A DNA stretch of 52,459 nucleotides from a virus (lineage: Duplodnaviria > Caudoviricetes), in IMG/VR virus record IMGVR_UViG_3300009155_004654, positions 1-52,459 of that record; one strand, 5' to 3'. Positions 17,288 through 25,935 of the stretch are shown piece by piece. The translations under genes and the position numbers were made by a program. How positions within the stretch are numbered: position 1 is the stretch's first letter; each line of letters begins with the position of its first letter. The notes under the pieces are model-generated. The model saw only the letters and a program-made list of their open reading frames with translations. It was not told the origin of the DNA and did no database searches.

Positions 17288-17373
17288 TCATTAGCGAGCC
17301 GTCAAGGTCTTTCTCTAAAAAAGATTGGCCTTGACGGTTCTTCGTAGCGGGTTAACTTCAAGGAGGAGGGAAG

Positions 17374-17541
17374 ATGGAAGAGAACTTCAAGAACGAAGAC
17401 CACACGGCTTTCTGTGATATGGTGCTAGGCTCCGATAACGGTTTTAGCGAGGGAGATCGTCAAGTTCTTTTTCTCCACGCTCTTATCGAAAAGTATAGCG
17501 TCCCCCTTGATAATCCCCGCGAAAACGTTACTATCTTCTAG
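17374..17541 (+). CDS. Small protein (55 aa, not in ORF track)
   Basis: Promoter 17331, SD AAGGAGG. Confidence 0.6.
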   Translation: MEENFKNEDHTAFCDMVLGSDNGFSEGDRQVLFLHALIEKYSVPLDNPRENVTIF

Positions 17542-17551
17542 GAGGTTCTAA

Positions 17552-17761
17552 ATGGCTAAGGCAAAGAAGGCTAGGCGTGTCTATCCTCTAATTAATGAAA
17601 TTGTTGAGCTTATCCCGCAAAAGCGCAGGGCAAAGGTTACTTTTCTTGACCCTCGCATTATCAAGGTCCGCTGGATGGATAACGAAGCGGTTGAGGAATT
17701 CAGCACAAGTTATTTCGTTGATACATATTGGACTATTGCCGTGAGGAATTACGATGTATAA
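17552..17761 (+). CDS. Small SH3-like protein
   Basis: SD AGGAGG; IKVRWMD. Confidence 0.6.
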   Translation: MAKAKKARRVYPLINEIVELIPQKRRAKVTFLDPRIIKVRWMDNEAVEEFSTSYFVDTYWTIAVRNYDV

Positions 17762-17966
17762 GAAGCCTGCTCCCCCGAAGCTTGGAACCCTTGTTGTTGC
17801 TCAAAATATTGATGGGACTATGTGTAATGGATATGTAAGCGGATTTATGGGCGATATTGCTAAGGGTAGATATTGTATTGAAATTACGTTCCATGAAGGA
17901 AAGCAAAATCATCGTTTCTTCTCAGTTGGTGAGGAAGGCAAACTATGGCGCAAGCTCCCCTCGTAA
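17754..17966 (+). CDS. Small KOW/SH3-like protein
   Basis: PKLGTLV..GYVS variant. Confidence 0.55.
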   Translation: MYKKPAPPKLGTLVVAQNIDGTMCNGYVSGFMGDIAKGRYCIEITFHEGKQNHRFFSVGEEGKLWRKLPS

Positions 17967-18169
17967 ATATTGGAGATTTGGTATGGGTTAAAATCCAGCT
18001 TGGAAGGGATCATTATACCTGCTTGACTGCTTTTATCTTTGCGGTTAACTATTGGGATGGGCAAAACGTATCATCTTATTATGCTGAATATTTAGAACAA
18101 AATAATCCTCAAACAACTGCCCTTTATGGGTTTGACTTCAACGATATATGGGGGAAGCTTGAAACCTAA
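17945..18169 (+). CDS. Small KOW/SH3-like protein
   Basis: VNIGDLVWV. Confidence 0.65.
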   Translation: MAQAPLVNIGDLVWVKIQLGRDHYTCLTAFIFAVNYWDGQNVSSYYAEYLEQNNPQTTALYGFDFNDIWGKLET

Positions 18170-18371
18170 TATCAACGTCGGAGATATGGTCGAGATTAAA
18201 TATAGGGTTGATAGCAAGACCCATACTTATCGATATGCTTATGTTACCGAAATTGATGTTCAAGTTGGTAGCATTATGGCAGCAGATGGTTTTGTCGCTA
18301 AATACCTTGACATAGATGAAATTTGCTACCTCATTTATTCCCATAATGAAAGCTGGTGGAAAAAGCTATGA
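18159..18371 (+). CDS. Small KOW/SH3-like protein
   Basis: INVGDMVEI; start uncertain. Confidence 0.62.
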   Translation: MKPNINVGDMVEIKYRVDSKTHTYRYAYVTEIDVQVGSIMAADGFVAKYLDIDEICYLIYSHNESWWKKL

Positions 18372-18395
18372 AAATTGACTTTGATAAGGTGGACC

Positions 18396-18599
18396 ATGCT
18401 TAAACTTGGTGATATGGTTGACTTCTACGGTAAAGCTGGTGTATCCCCAAGAGGCACACAAGGTATTTATGTGATAATTGAAGAGCATAAAGGTGCCAGC
18501 ACAACTCAATATATTGGCGTGCTAATGTTTGAAGACAAAAAAGAAAGGCTATGGATATTTCCTTCTCAAGAGGGTATTACATGGAAGAAAATAACATGA
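18396..18599 (+). CDS. Small KOW/SH3-like protein
   Basis: MLKLGDMVD; start moved to 18396. Confidence 0.62.
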   Translation: MLKLGDMVDFYGKAGVSPRGTQGIYVIIEEHKGASTTQYIGVLMFEDKKERLWIFPSQEGITWKKIT

Positions 18600-18802
18600 G
18601 ATTTAAAGTTGGGGATTTGGTCCAAAGTGTTAGACACGATCCCGCTGGCAGATTTAGGCTTGCGATTATCATGGGCACAAGCGAGAGCGAGCACAGAAAG
18701 AATTTCCTTTATTATCACCTCTTCGTTGTTGATTGGGACGAGCACCAGCGTTATAGTGCTTACACCGCAGAACGATGCTTTGATTTGATTTCCGCCCCAT
18801 AA
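18596..18802 (+). CDS. Small KOW/SH3-like protein
   Basis: MRFKVGDLVQ; start moved to 18596. Confidence 0.7.
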   Translation: MRFKVGDLVQSVRHDPAGRFRLAIIMGTSESEHRKNFLYYHLFVVDWDEHQRYSAYTAERCFDLISAP

Positions 18803-18825
18803 TTTTTCCATTCCAAAGGATTCCC

Positions 18826-19089
18826 ATGCCAAAAACAATCCCAAATAACGAGCAATATAAGCTCAAAGATGGAAGAGTTATAAAGCTTGGGGATATTGTT
18901 AAATACAAATGGGGTTATTTTCCAACGGGATATGTGTTTAAAATTGAAAAGAAATGGGGACGTTGGAGGTCGCATGTTCAGTTATTTAATTACGAGCAAC
19001 CATACGATATAATTGAAACAAAACTTTGCGACTTTGATCATTTCTTTTCCTTTCTAACCGAAGAGGAATTAAAAAATGAAGATAGGTGA
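18826..19089 (+). CDS. Small KOW/SH3-like protein
   Basis: IKLGDIVKY..TGYVFKI. Confidence 0.65.
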   Translation: MPKTIPNNEQYKLKDGRVIKLGDIVKYKWGYFPTGYVFKIEKKWGRWRSHVQLFNYEQPYDIIETKLCDFDHFFSFLTEEELKNEDR

Positions 19090-19279
19090 TTTGGTCTGTA
19101 GGCGATCTAATCAAAGGGATCAAATAGGATATATCTATAAGTTAACAAATCATCACAATCCATTTAGAAATAGGGGAGAGCCAGCAAATTATATTATGTA
19201 TCATGTTTGTTGGATTGAAACAGAATGTAAAAACTATTGTTACGAGGAAGGGGATATAGAGATTGTTTCGGAGGCATAA
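19076..19279 (+). CDS. Small KOW/SH3-like protein
   Basis: MKIGDLVC..IGYI..YHVCW. Confidence 0.72.
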   Translation: MKIGDLVCRRSNQRDQIGYIYKLTNHHNPFRNRGEPANYIMYHVCWIETECKNYCYEEGDIEIVSEA

Positions 19280-19317
19280 ATGATGGGAGAAAGTAAATTA
19301 ATGGGAAGTAGAGCAAT

Positions 19318-19833
19318 ATGATAGAATACCCCGCAGAATACCCCGTCACATATATAATTCTTTCGCTTTCCTTCTTTCTTCTTATTATTCCTCTTGCTAT
19401 TCAATATGCGATAGGACAATACTCAAAATATCTTAAATATCTTTGGAATAAGGACAACGCTTGTAAAGCAGGACAAACAATCATTTGTGAATATAAATTT
19501 TCAATATCCCATGACTATAACATTATATCGAAAGGTGTAGTATTACAAGATTTTGTTTGGGAGCAAAGACATGAATATCCCCCTTTCTATATAGAAATTG
19601 GCCGTCCCGCAAAGAATCTTAAGGGAGAAGAGCTTTTCGATTACCAATTACTTTACACCAATCAAATTATAAGCATTCAAAAAGTGATTGATGTGGAATA
19701 TTCTAACGATATTATGAAGAGATATAAACAAAAGAAGATTATTAGACCGAAAGAAAAAGAAGATTATTTGAAAGTTTATTCAGACATATTATTTAAAAAT
19801 TACTTTCAGAGTAAATTTCCAAGGCATAAATGA
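19318..19833 (+). CDS. Membrane-anchored hypothetical protein
   Basis: N-terminal TM helix. Confidence 0.6.
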   Translation: MIEYPAEYPVTYIILSLSFFLLIIPLAIQYAIGQYSKYLKYLWNKDNACKAGQTIICEYKFSISHDYNIISKGVVLQDFVWEQRHEYPPFYIEIGRPAKNLKGEELFDYQLLYTNQIISIQKVIDVEYSNDIMKRYKQKKIIRPKEKEDYLKVYSDILFKNYFQSKFPRHK

Positions 19834-20030
19834 ATAATCAATTTAATGTTGGAGATATCATTATTCCTATTGAGGGACAAAAAGGAAATACTTGGATTGT
19901 TCTAAACATAATACATCCAGCATTAGATTATATGTCTTTCTACCTTCTTCAAAATTTAGAAGATAGTGATGAAGTTGAAGCATTATATTGTAATCACATA
20001 GAGAAGTATTATGAGAGAGCAAATGAATAA
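19830..20030 (+). CDS. Small KOW/SH3-like protein
   Basis: QFNVGDII. Confidence 0.65.
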   Translation: MNNQFNVGDIIIPIEGQKGNTWIVLNIIHPALDYMSFYLLQNLEDSDEVEALYCNHIEKYYERANE

Positions 20031-20208
20031 GTTCAGCATAGGGGATATCGTAAAGCATCCTAATAATGGTTCTTACCATATTGTTATTAAAGATACCTTA
20101 ACCCATACAGGGCTTTCCTATTATACTTTATTGAATTGCCAAAACAATACCGAAACCACCCTATACCGTTATGATATTATAAAGTTTGTAATGGTATCGA
20201 GCGCATAG
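20023..20208 (+). CDS. Small KOW/SH3-like protein
   Basis: MNKFSIGDIVK; start moved to 20023. Confidence 0.68.
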   Translation: MNKFSIGDIVKHPNNGSYHIVIKDTLTHTGLSYYTLLNCQNNTETTLYRYDIIKFVMVSSA

Positions 20209-20369
20209 GGATTGTTGTGGTGTGTTGTGCTAATTAAAAGAAAGCTTGACGAACGCTAAGCTTCCATTTTTATTACAAGCCAATAACGTGTAGTTAAAGC
20301 TGTAAATTTATGGGGATAATTGGGCATTTAATAGGCCCTAATAAGTAGTTTGTCAAATGAAAAAAAGCA

Positions 20370-20560
20370 TGTATTATTAAAAATATTTTGTATCAACACA
20401 AGTATCAAAAAAATGATAAATGATACTATGTATTAATGTATTGTGATAAATGATACAAGTATTAATAAAACGTTAACATGACACTAATACATTTGGTTAA
20501 CATGACACTTCAAGTTTATTGATACAAGTATTATGATAAACGATATATCAATACATTAGA
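20370..20560. repeat. AT-rich non-coding block with short direct repeats (origin-like)
   Basis: TGATAAATGATAC x2, TGATACAAGTATTA x2, GTTAACATGACACT x2; IHF consensus TATCAATACATTA at 20546-20558. Confidence 0.65.
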
Positions 20561-20827
20561 CCTCTTGACCATTAAGCGTCGTGAGGCTTTTTGTGTTTCT
20601 AAATAAAAGTCAAGCCCTATCATCAAAAGAAAGTTTGTCAAGAGGCATAGAAAGAAAAGATTCCTCTTGCACCTCCTCTAAGAGCGGTTAAGGTATTGAT
20701 GTGGCGGGGAGAGAAGAAGAAACTCTCTCAGCCCTCTTTGAATCCCCGAATACTTGTGGTGGCCCCTTGACGCTTCTAATGGTGGAAGCTATAGAGGGAA
20801 AGTCGATGAACCCACTACGGAGGCAAC

Positions 20828-21991
20828 ATGGAAGCTGAAGCAATCAACTACGATCTGAATATGGATCTCTACTACCTTCTTCGGGATGAACCGTTCTTCG
20901 CTACGTTCTCCCGCAACATCAACAAGTCCGCAACAACCGCTATTCCTACTGCTGGCGTTCGTATCAACAAGGAAACGCAGCAATTTGAAATGGTCTACAA
21001 TCCCTCCTTCTTCGCGGGTCTGGAAGATAAGGAGCGAATCGATGTGCTCAAGCATGAATTCTATCATGTTATCTTTGAGCATGTTACAGGTCGTCTTCCC
21101 CCCGAAGGTATGACGAAGATGTGGAATATTGCTACGGACCTTGCGATTAATTCCCACCTTCCGAACATTCCAAAAATGGCTTGTATCCCAGGCGTTGGAA
21201 AGTTTGAAAAGTATCCTGCTGGTCTTTCGGGTGAGCAGTATTTCGATCTTCTTAAGGAAGACCCCGAAATGAATAAGGAACCTCAAGAGGGAGAAGGCGA
21301 TCCTAACTTTGACGATCACGAAGGTTGGGGCGATGGTGAGATTGATAACACCATGAAGGAGATCGCTAAGGAAAACCTCAAGGAAGCTCTTAAGAAGGCA
21401 GCTAAGGAAGCTTCTTCTAAGAATTGGGGTTCTGTCCCTGCTGATGTTCGCAAGCAAATTATGGACAAGCTTGAAGCAACTGTCGATTGGCGTAAGATGC
21501 TTCGATACTTTATCAAGACCTCTCAGCGTGCGGATAAGAACTCTACTGTTCGTAAGGTCAATAAGCGGTTCCCAAGGATCCACGCTGGCAAGAAGGTCAA
21601 TCGTGTTGCGAAGATTGCGATTAGTATTGATCAGTCGGGAAGCGTTAGCGATGAAATGCTTGCTATGTTCTTCACTGAATTGAATGAGCTTTCTAACCTT
21701 GCTACCTTCACTGTGATTCCTTTTGATACACGGGTTGATGAAGCCCTTGTGTATGAATGGAAGAAGGGCAAGCGTCATGTATGGGAACGGGTCATGTGTG
21801 GTGGGACTTGCTTCAACGCTCCTACCAAGTTCGTTAACGAGGGCGATTGGGATGGTCATATTGTCCTTACGGATATGTGTGCTCCTAAGCCGATCTCTTC
21901 TCGTCCCTCCCGCATGTGGATGACAGACAAGGCTAACGCTGCTAATCCCTACTTCAAGACAAATGAGCTTGTGGTTGCGGTTGGTAAGTAA
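20828..21991 (+). CDS. DUF2201-type metallopeptidase + VWA domain protein (MoxR partner)
   Basis: TAGV..VLKHEFYH..WNIATDLAIN zincin-like N-domain; MIDAS IDQSGS, GGT, LTD. Confidence 0.9.
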   Translation: MEAEAINYDLNMDLYYLLRDEPFFATFSRNINKSATTAIPTAGVRINKETQQFEMVYNPSFFAGLEDKERIDVLKHEFYHVIFEHVTGRLPPEGMTKMWNIATDLAINSHLPNIPKMACIPGVGKFEKYPAGLSGEQYFDLLKEDPEMNKEPQEGEGDPNFDDHEGWGDGEIDNTMKEIAKENLKEALKKAAKEASSKNWGSVPADVRKQIMDKLEATVDWRKMLRYFIKTSQRADKNSTVRKVNKRFPRIHAGKKVNRVAKIAISIDQSGSVSDEMLAMFFTELNELSNLATFTVIPFDTRVDEALVYEWKKGKRHVWERVMCGGTCFNAPTKFVNEGDWDGHIVLTDMCAPKPISSRPSRMWMTDKANAANPYFKTNELVVAVGK

Positions 21992-22008
21992 TTAGGTTAG
22001 CCACCTCG

Positions 22009-22048
22009 CCCCCTGTTAGCCTTCGGGTTAGCAGGGGGTTTTTCTTTT
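22009..22048 (+). terminator. Rho-independent terminator (cUUCGg loop)
   Basis: CCCCCTGTTAGCC-TTCG-GGTTAGCAGGGGG then TTTTTCTTTT. Confidence 0.88.
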
Positions 22049-22151
22049 GTCAATAGCTAAATGAATATATATATTTTTTATTTATTTCTTTTGATCTTGA
22101 CTCTTAGAATGTGTTGCGATGTATTGAATGTGTCATGATACAAACTAATGA

Positions 22152-22192
22152 TATCAAGGGGTTAGGCCCCCCTCCCCCCCTCCCCTCCCCCC
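22152..22192. other. IHF consensus site followed by C6TC7TC4TC6 tract (G-quadruplex-prone on - strand)
   Basis: TATCAAGGGGTTA matches WATCAANNNNTTR; poly-C tracts 22167-22192. Confidence 0.6.
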
Positions 22193-22355
22193 TACGGAAT
22201 GTATCTCCCATACTTGACAGGCATGTTATATTTCATTAGGTGCTCATTTACGACGGGGGGATAATTTTTGAGATTTTTTGAACCATTAAAAATTTCTATA
22301 GAAAAATCCCAAAATCTTTAACTATTTAAAACAGTTAAAAGGAATCGAAATCATT

Positions 22356-22841
22356 ATGAAACTTACAGAAAGACATATACGTTCAATCGTTAAAGAAGAA
22401 ATTAAATCTATTATGGTTGAAGGATTGTTCGATATATTTAGATCAAAACCAAAGGAAGAAGGGGCATTACAAAAGGCATCAACCGCTTTGGGCGACACCA
22501 ATCCAAAAACTCCCCTAATCCAAGTTCTTTATAAGTTAATGGATAGAGCTTCAACAATCTCTCATAAGGGTGGAATGGTTAGATTTACCGATCCAAGAGC
22601 GTATGAAGAAAGCATGAGAAAAACTGAAATCTTGGTTAATCATTTTGAGGATGTATTAAAGGGATTAAATGAAAAAGAATTCGCGAAGGTTTATAATGAA
22701 GCAGATAAACTTGGGAACTTTCAAGATGCTACTTTTCTTCGACACAATATGAATTCTTTTTATTCTGGAGATCCTTATATTGATAGCAGATCTTCTTATC
22801 ATCAAATATGGGATAAGAAGCTGGAACTTATAAAAGTTTAA
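22356..22841 (+). CDS. Putative internal head protein (MKLTE tag)
   Basis: MKLTERHIRSIVKEEIKSIMVE; late motif 22321. Confidence 0.6.
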   Translation: MKLTERHIRSIVKEEIKSIMVEGLFDIFRSKPKEEGALQKASTALGDTNPKTPLIQVLYKLMDRASTISHKGGMVRFTDPRAYEESMRKTEILVNHFEDVLKGLNEKEFAKVYNEADKLGNFQDATFLRHNMNSFYSGDPYIDSRSSYHQIWDKKLELIKV

Positions 22842-22864
22842 AACATATAATACTATTTATAATC

Positions 22865-23341
22865 ATGAAAACATTATTAGAAAATTGGAATAGATTCTTA
22901 ACGGAAGGAATGCAAGATACATCTGATACTTTGTTTTTTCTTAAATCTCCTTGGGGAATGAAAAGAGGAAAATTTGATCATGTTGGATTTGTTTTGAAAG
23001 ATGGAAGAATGAAAGATATGTCTGGTCATAGAGGGGAAATGATTGCTCCTATTATAAGTACTTGGGAACAATTATTGACCGATGATGTATTCTGGGAAGG
23101 TTGGCCCGATAATGAAGACAAACCACAATCTCCCGATGAAGCAAAAAAAATTGGGATTTATCAAATAATGAAACTTCCAAAGGTTGTTGATGTTCCAGAT
23201 GAGATTGTTTGTAGAACATCCGATAAATCAAAAGTATCGGAGAATTGTGGAAGCTTTGTTTTTAATGTTCTTCATAATGCTGGTATTAATCCAGATTTTT
23301 TGAAAGATGATAAATATATTGTTGTTGGAAAGCAATTTTAA
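22865..23341 (+). CDS. Permuted papain-like (NlpC/P60) enzyme with ENW tag
   Basis: FDHVGF (His) precedes ENCGSFVFNVLHNAGI (NC catalytic Cys). Confidence 0.65.
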   Translation: MKTLLENWNRFLTEGMQDTSDTLFFLKSPWGMKRGKFDHVGFVLKDGRMKDMSGHRGEMIAPIISTWEQLLTDDVFWEGWPDNEDKPQSPDEAKKIGIYQIMKLPKVVDVPDEIVCRTSDKSKVSENCGSFVFNVLHNAGINPDFLKDDKYIVVGKQF

Positions 23342-23366
23342 CTAATGTATTACAAGGATTACGATT

Positions 23367-23930
23367 ATGAAAACATTACTAGAAAATTGGAATAGATTCT
23401 TATTAAGAGAAAAACTTGAACAAGGCCAAAAGATTTATTATTGGCAAGCTCAAGGTGAATGGAGAGGGGACAAACCAATTGAATATGGTGTTACTCACGT
23501 TCCCCAAGCAATACCATTACAAAAAACAATTGGTTCATCATTAAATCACAAATTAGAAGATTTACTTGAAAGAGCAAGATTAGAAGTTGACCCAAGCCTT
23601 CCAAGTCGTTTATCATGCGCTTATGTATGCGACCTTATACAAAAAGGATATTTTGAACATGAAAAATCTTTAAGATCTTATTGTAAGTGTGGAAGTGAAA
23701 AATTAATTACTTATAAGGTAATAATAAAACCTGGAGCAACAATATACAGAGCTAATTCCGCAATATTGGGACATATTATTTATGACCAAACAAATCTTAA
23801 AGATAAAATGGAAGCAGCAAGATTTTACTGGAAAGGGATTCATCCAGAAGATCCAAGTCCATCACCCGAAGTTCTTGTATCTCCTGCAAGCTCCGTTATA
23901 ATAGTTGGAAAGTTGGAGGGCGGCTGTTAA
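23367..23930 (+). CDS. ADP-ribosyltransferase-like protein (DUF2441-like) with ENW tag
   Basis: LERAR....PSLPSRLSCAYV..YKV..AARFYWKG..PEVLV pattern. Confidence 0.6.
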   Translation: MKTLLENWNRFLLREKLEQGQKIYYWQAQGEWRGDKPIEYGVTHVPQAIPLQKTIGSSLNHKLEDLLERARLEVDPSLPSRLSCAYVCDLIQKGYFEHEKSLRSYCKCGSEKLITYKVIIKPGATIYRANSAILGHIIYDQTNLKDKMEAARFYWKGIHPEDPSPSPEVLVSPASSVIIVGKLEGGC

Positions 23931-23934
23931 TATT

Positions 23935-24804
23935 ATGAAACTCTTAATAGAAAACTGGAAGAAATATCTCCTTAACGAAATTGAAATTGTCGATAATGAA
24001 GAAGAAGAGGAATATGATTATGATGCCGAACTTCTTAAACAACAAGGAGAAACAGAAAGCAAATTCTTTGGTCCTGTATTGGAAAGGGCACAAGAGCTTG
24101 CAGTTGATGTTAGCAGATTAATGTTCAGCTTTGAGGATTATGGCGAGGGAGGTCAAATGCTTAGAAGAGCGGTTGAAAAAAAAGGAGAAAAGCTTGGATT
24201 AAATGTTAAATATCTTGGCTCTGGTTCTTCTCGCTTTACTATCTCCGTTAATGATGATTTTGTTATTAAAGTTGCAAAGGAATTGAGATCTACTGACATA
24301 ATCCAAATGAATAAGGATGATTATAATCTTGGAACGAATCCTAGCTTTGGAGGAATATTTCCAAGAGTTTATAAGCATGGTCCTCAAGGGGAAAAGTATC
24401 ATCCCGATTTCTTTTGGATTATAATGGAAAAAGCAACTCCCCTTGTTGATAATAAAAAAATTGCTTCATTCTTTAAAAGCTCTTTTGTTGATTCCGATAA
24501 CTTGGACGAAAGTGAAGCTTATGCTTTTCTTATATTAATGTCCTCATGTATCGTTCGTGGTAGCCTTTATTATGAAGTAAAACCAAGAATTATAAAGTTA
24601 TTGCAGAAAAAAAATCCAAATATGTCAACAATTGATTTTGATATGATAAACCAAGATTTCATGAGATATTCGGACAACTTTAGAAAGATTGTTAGAATCA
24701 CAAAAGAATATCCAAACTTAGATGTTATGGAAGCCTTAGCAATTGGAAACTGTGGAGTTGGATATGATGGAAGATTTGTTATTATTGATTCTTCCATATT
24801 TTAG
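23935..24804 (+). CDS. Atypical protein kinase-like protein 1 with ENW tag
   Basis: LGSGSSR Gly loop, FVIK, FPRVY, WIIMEK hinge, GNCG, IIDSS; start moved to 23935. Confidence 0.75.
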   Translation: MKLLIENWKKYLLNEIEIVDNEEEEEYDYDAELLKQQGETESKFFGPVLERAQELAVDVSRLMFSFEDYGEGGQMLRRAVEKKGEKLGLNVKYLGSGSSRFTISVNDDFVIKVAKELRSTDIIQMNKDDYNLGTNPSFGGIFPRVYKHGPQGEKYHPDFFWIIMEKATPLVDNKKIASFFKSSFVDSDNLDESEAYAFLILMSSCIVRGSLYYEVKPRIIKLLQKKNPNMSTIDFDMINQDFMRYSDNFRKIVRITKEYPNLDVMEALAIGNCGVGYDGRFVIIDSSIF

Positions 24805-24868
24805 TAATAATACAAAATAATATACTATTTATTGATGAATTAATCACAATATAAAGGAGATTGATTAA

Positions 24869-25192
24869 ATGGCTAAATTAACAGAATCATATTTAAGAGG
24901 TATGATAAAACAAGTAATGAGCGAAATGCAAGATAGATACGAAAGTGGCTATGGTATAGAAAGTGATTTTAATTATGGATTAGAAGCAGGTTATGGCGAT
25001 ATGGTAAAACCTGGCTTTAGAGATCTTGAAGAAATGGCTGATGAATTAGGTTTACCAGTAGGAGAAATCGAAAGTGTTGCTCTAAAATTAGGACACCAAA
25101 TACAAACTCACGGTGGAAGAAGATTAATTAAACTTAAAGATGATGGTCTTTCCGAATCCCGTAAATCAAAACTTGCTCCAAAACGTAGATAA
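24869..25192 (+). CDS. Putative internal head protein (KLTE tag)
   Basis: MAKLTESYLRGMIKQVMSE; possible HTH LEEMADELGL. Confidence 0.6.
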   Translation: MAKLTESYLRGMIKQVMSEMQDRYESGYGIESDFNYGLEAGYGDMVKPGFRDLEEMADELGLPVGEIESVALKLGHQIQTHGGRRLIKLKDDGLSESRKSKLAPKRR

Positions 25193-25216
25193 TATTTAAT
25201 ATTCTTCGTTAAGAAA

Positions 25217-25248
25217 AAAATCCCTAGGAGAAATTCTGGGGATTTTTT
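25217..25248 (+). terminator. Terminator (repeat copy 1)
   Basis: AAAATCCCTAGGA-GAAA-TTCTGGGGATTTT. Confidence 0.8.
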
Positions 25249-25290
25249 ATTGTTTATGATCTATTTAATTTAGCAAAAGGAAGTATTATT

Positions 25291-25890
25291 ATGAGAATAA
25301 CTGAATTACAATTAAGAACTGTAATAAGAGAAGAATTAACAAATTATCTAAATGAAGATAAACAAGTTCTTGAAGAAGGAAAAATACATAATTTTATTGC
25401 TGGTATTCTTGCTGCTGTCGCAATTGGTGGTGGTATAGGAGCTAAGATGAATTCTGCACCAACCTCAAGAGAAGTTGTTCAAACGTCTGTCACAGCAAGC
25501 GATACAGCAGCAACTAATGTAGAAAAAATTATTGAGCAAAATCAAATAAAATTTAACAAAGAAGATAGTTCATTTTCAATTGGTAAAGAAAATATTGGCA
25601 AACTATCTCCTAATGTTGTAAAATCAATTATGAGATTAAAAGAAATTGGCTATGTTGCTAATACTGGTGCCAACACAAATAAGTTAAGAGAGATAGAACA
25701 ACTTAAACAACAAATTGAGAAAGACGAAAGTTATAAACAAGTAGCAGCTAAAATACAAAATTTGAAAGGTATTCAAACAGACCAACAAAATAAAGCTCAA
25801 TCTATATTTGCAATTATTGTTGGTGCTGCTACGATTGGACTTCTATTTAATACTGTAGCTTCCATATATGCTGATGAAAAACGCAGATAA
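25291..25890 (+). CDS. MRITE-tag protein with two hydrophobic helices
   Basis: MRITELQLRTVIREELTNYLNE; FIAGILAAVAIGGGIG and IFAIIVGAATIGLLF. Confidence 0.62.
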   Translation: MRITELQLRTVIREELTNYLNEDKQVLEEGKIHNFIAGILAAVAIGGGIGAKMNSAPTSREVVQTSVTASDTAATNVEKIIEQNQIKFNKEDSSFSIGKENIGKLSPNVVKSIMRLKEIGYVANTGANTNKLREIEQLKQQIEKDESYKQVAAKIQNLKGIQTDQQNKAQSIFAIIVGAATIGLLFNTVASIYADEKRR

Positions 25891-25904
25891 TATTCTTCGT
25901 TAAA

Positions 25905-25935
25905 AAAATCCCTAGAAGAAATTCTGGGGATTTTT
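25905..25935 (+). terminator. Terminator (repeat copy 2)
   Basis: AAAATCCCTAGAA-GAAA-TTCTGGGGATTTT, near-identical to copy 1. Confidence 0.8.

Larger units (their letters stand above)
2895..20694 (+). promoter_or_regulatory. Array of early sigma70-like promoters TTG(A/C)CN-N16/17-TAA(G/T/C)
   Basis: -35 starts at 2895, 3803, 4352, 5717, 7548, 7894, 8582, 9383, 10481, 11420, 11881, 12188, 12840, 13093, 13171, 13274, 13884, 14246, 14353, 16158, 16391, 16649, 17331, 20667; usually CC before -35 and CGT/GGT before TAAG. Confidence 0.8.

Noticed and set aside
20370-20560. CRISPR-like array
   Set aside because: Repeats are short, interleaved and irregularly spaced, with no unique spacers
20789-21859. 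356-aa minus-strand ORF
   Set aside because: Antisense shadow of the DUF2201-VWA gene
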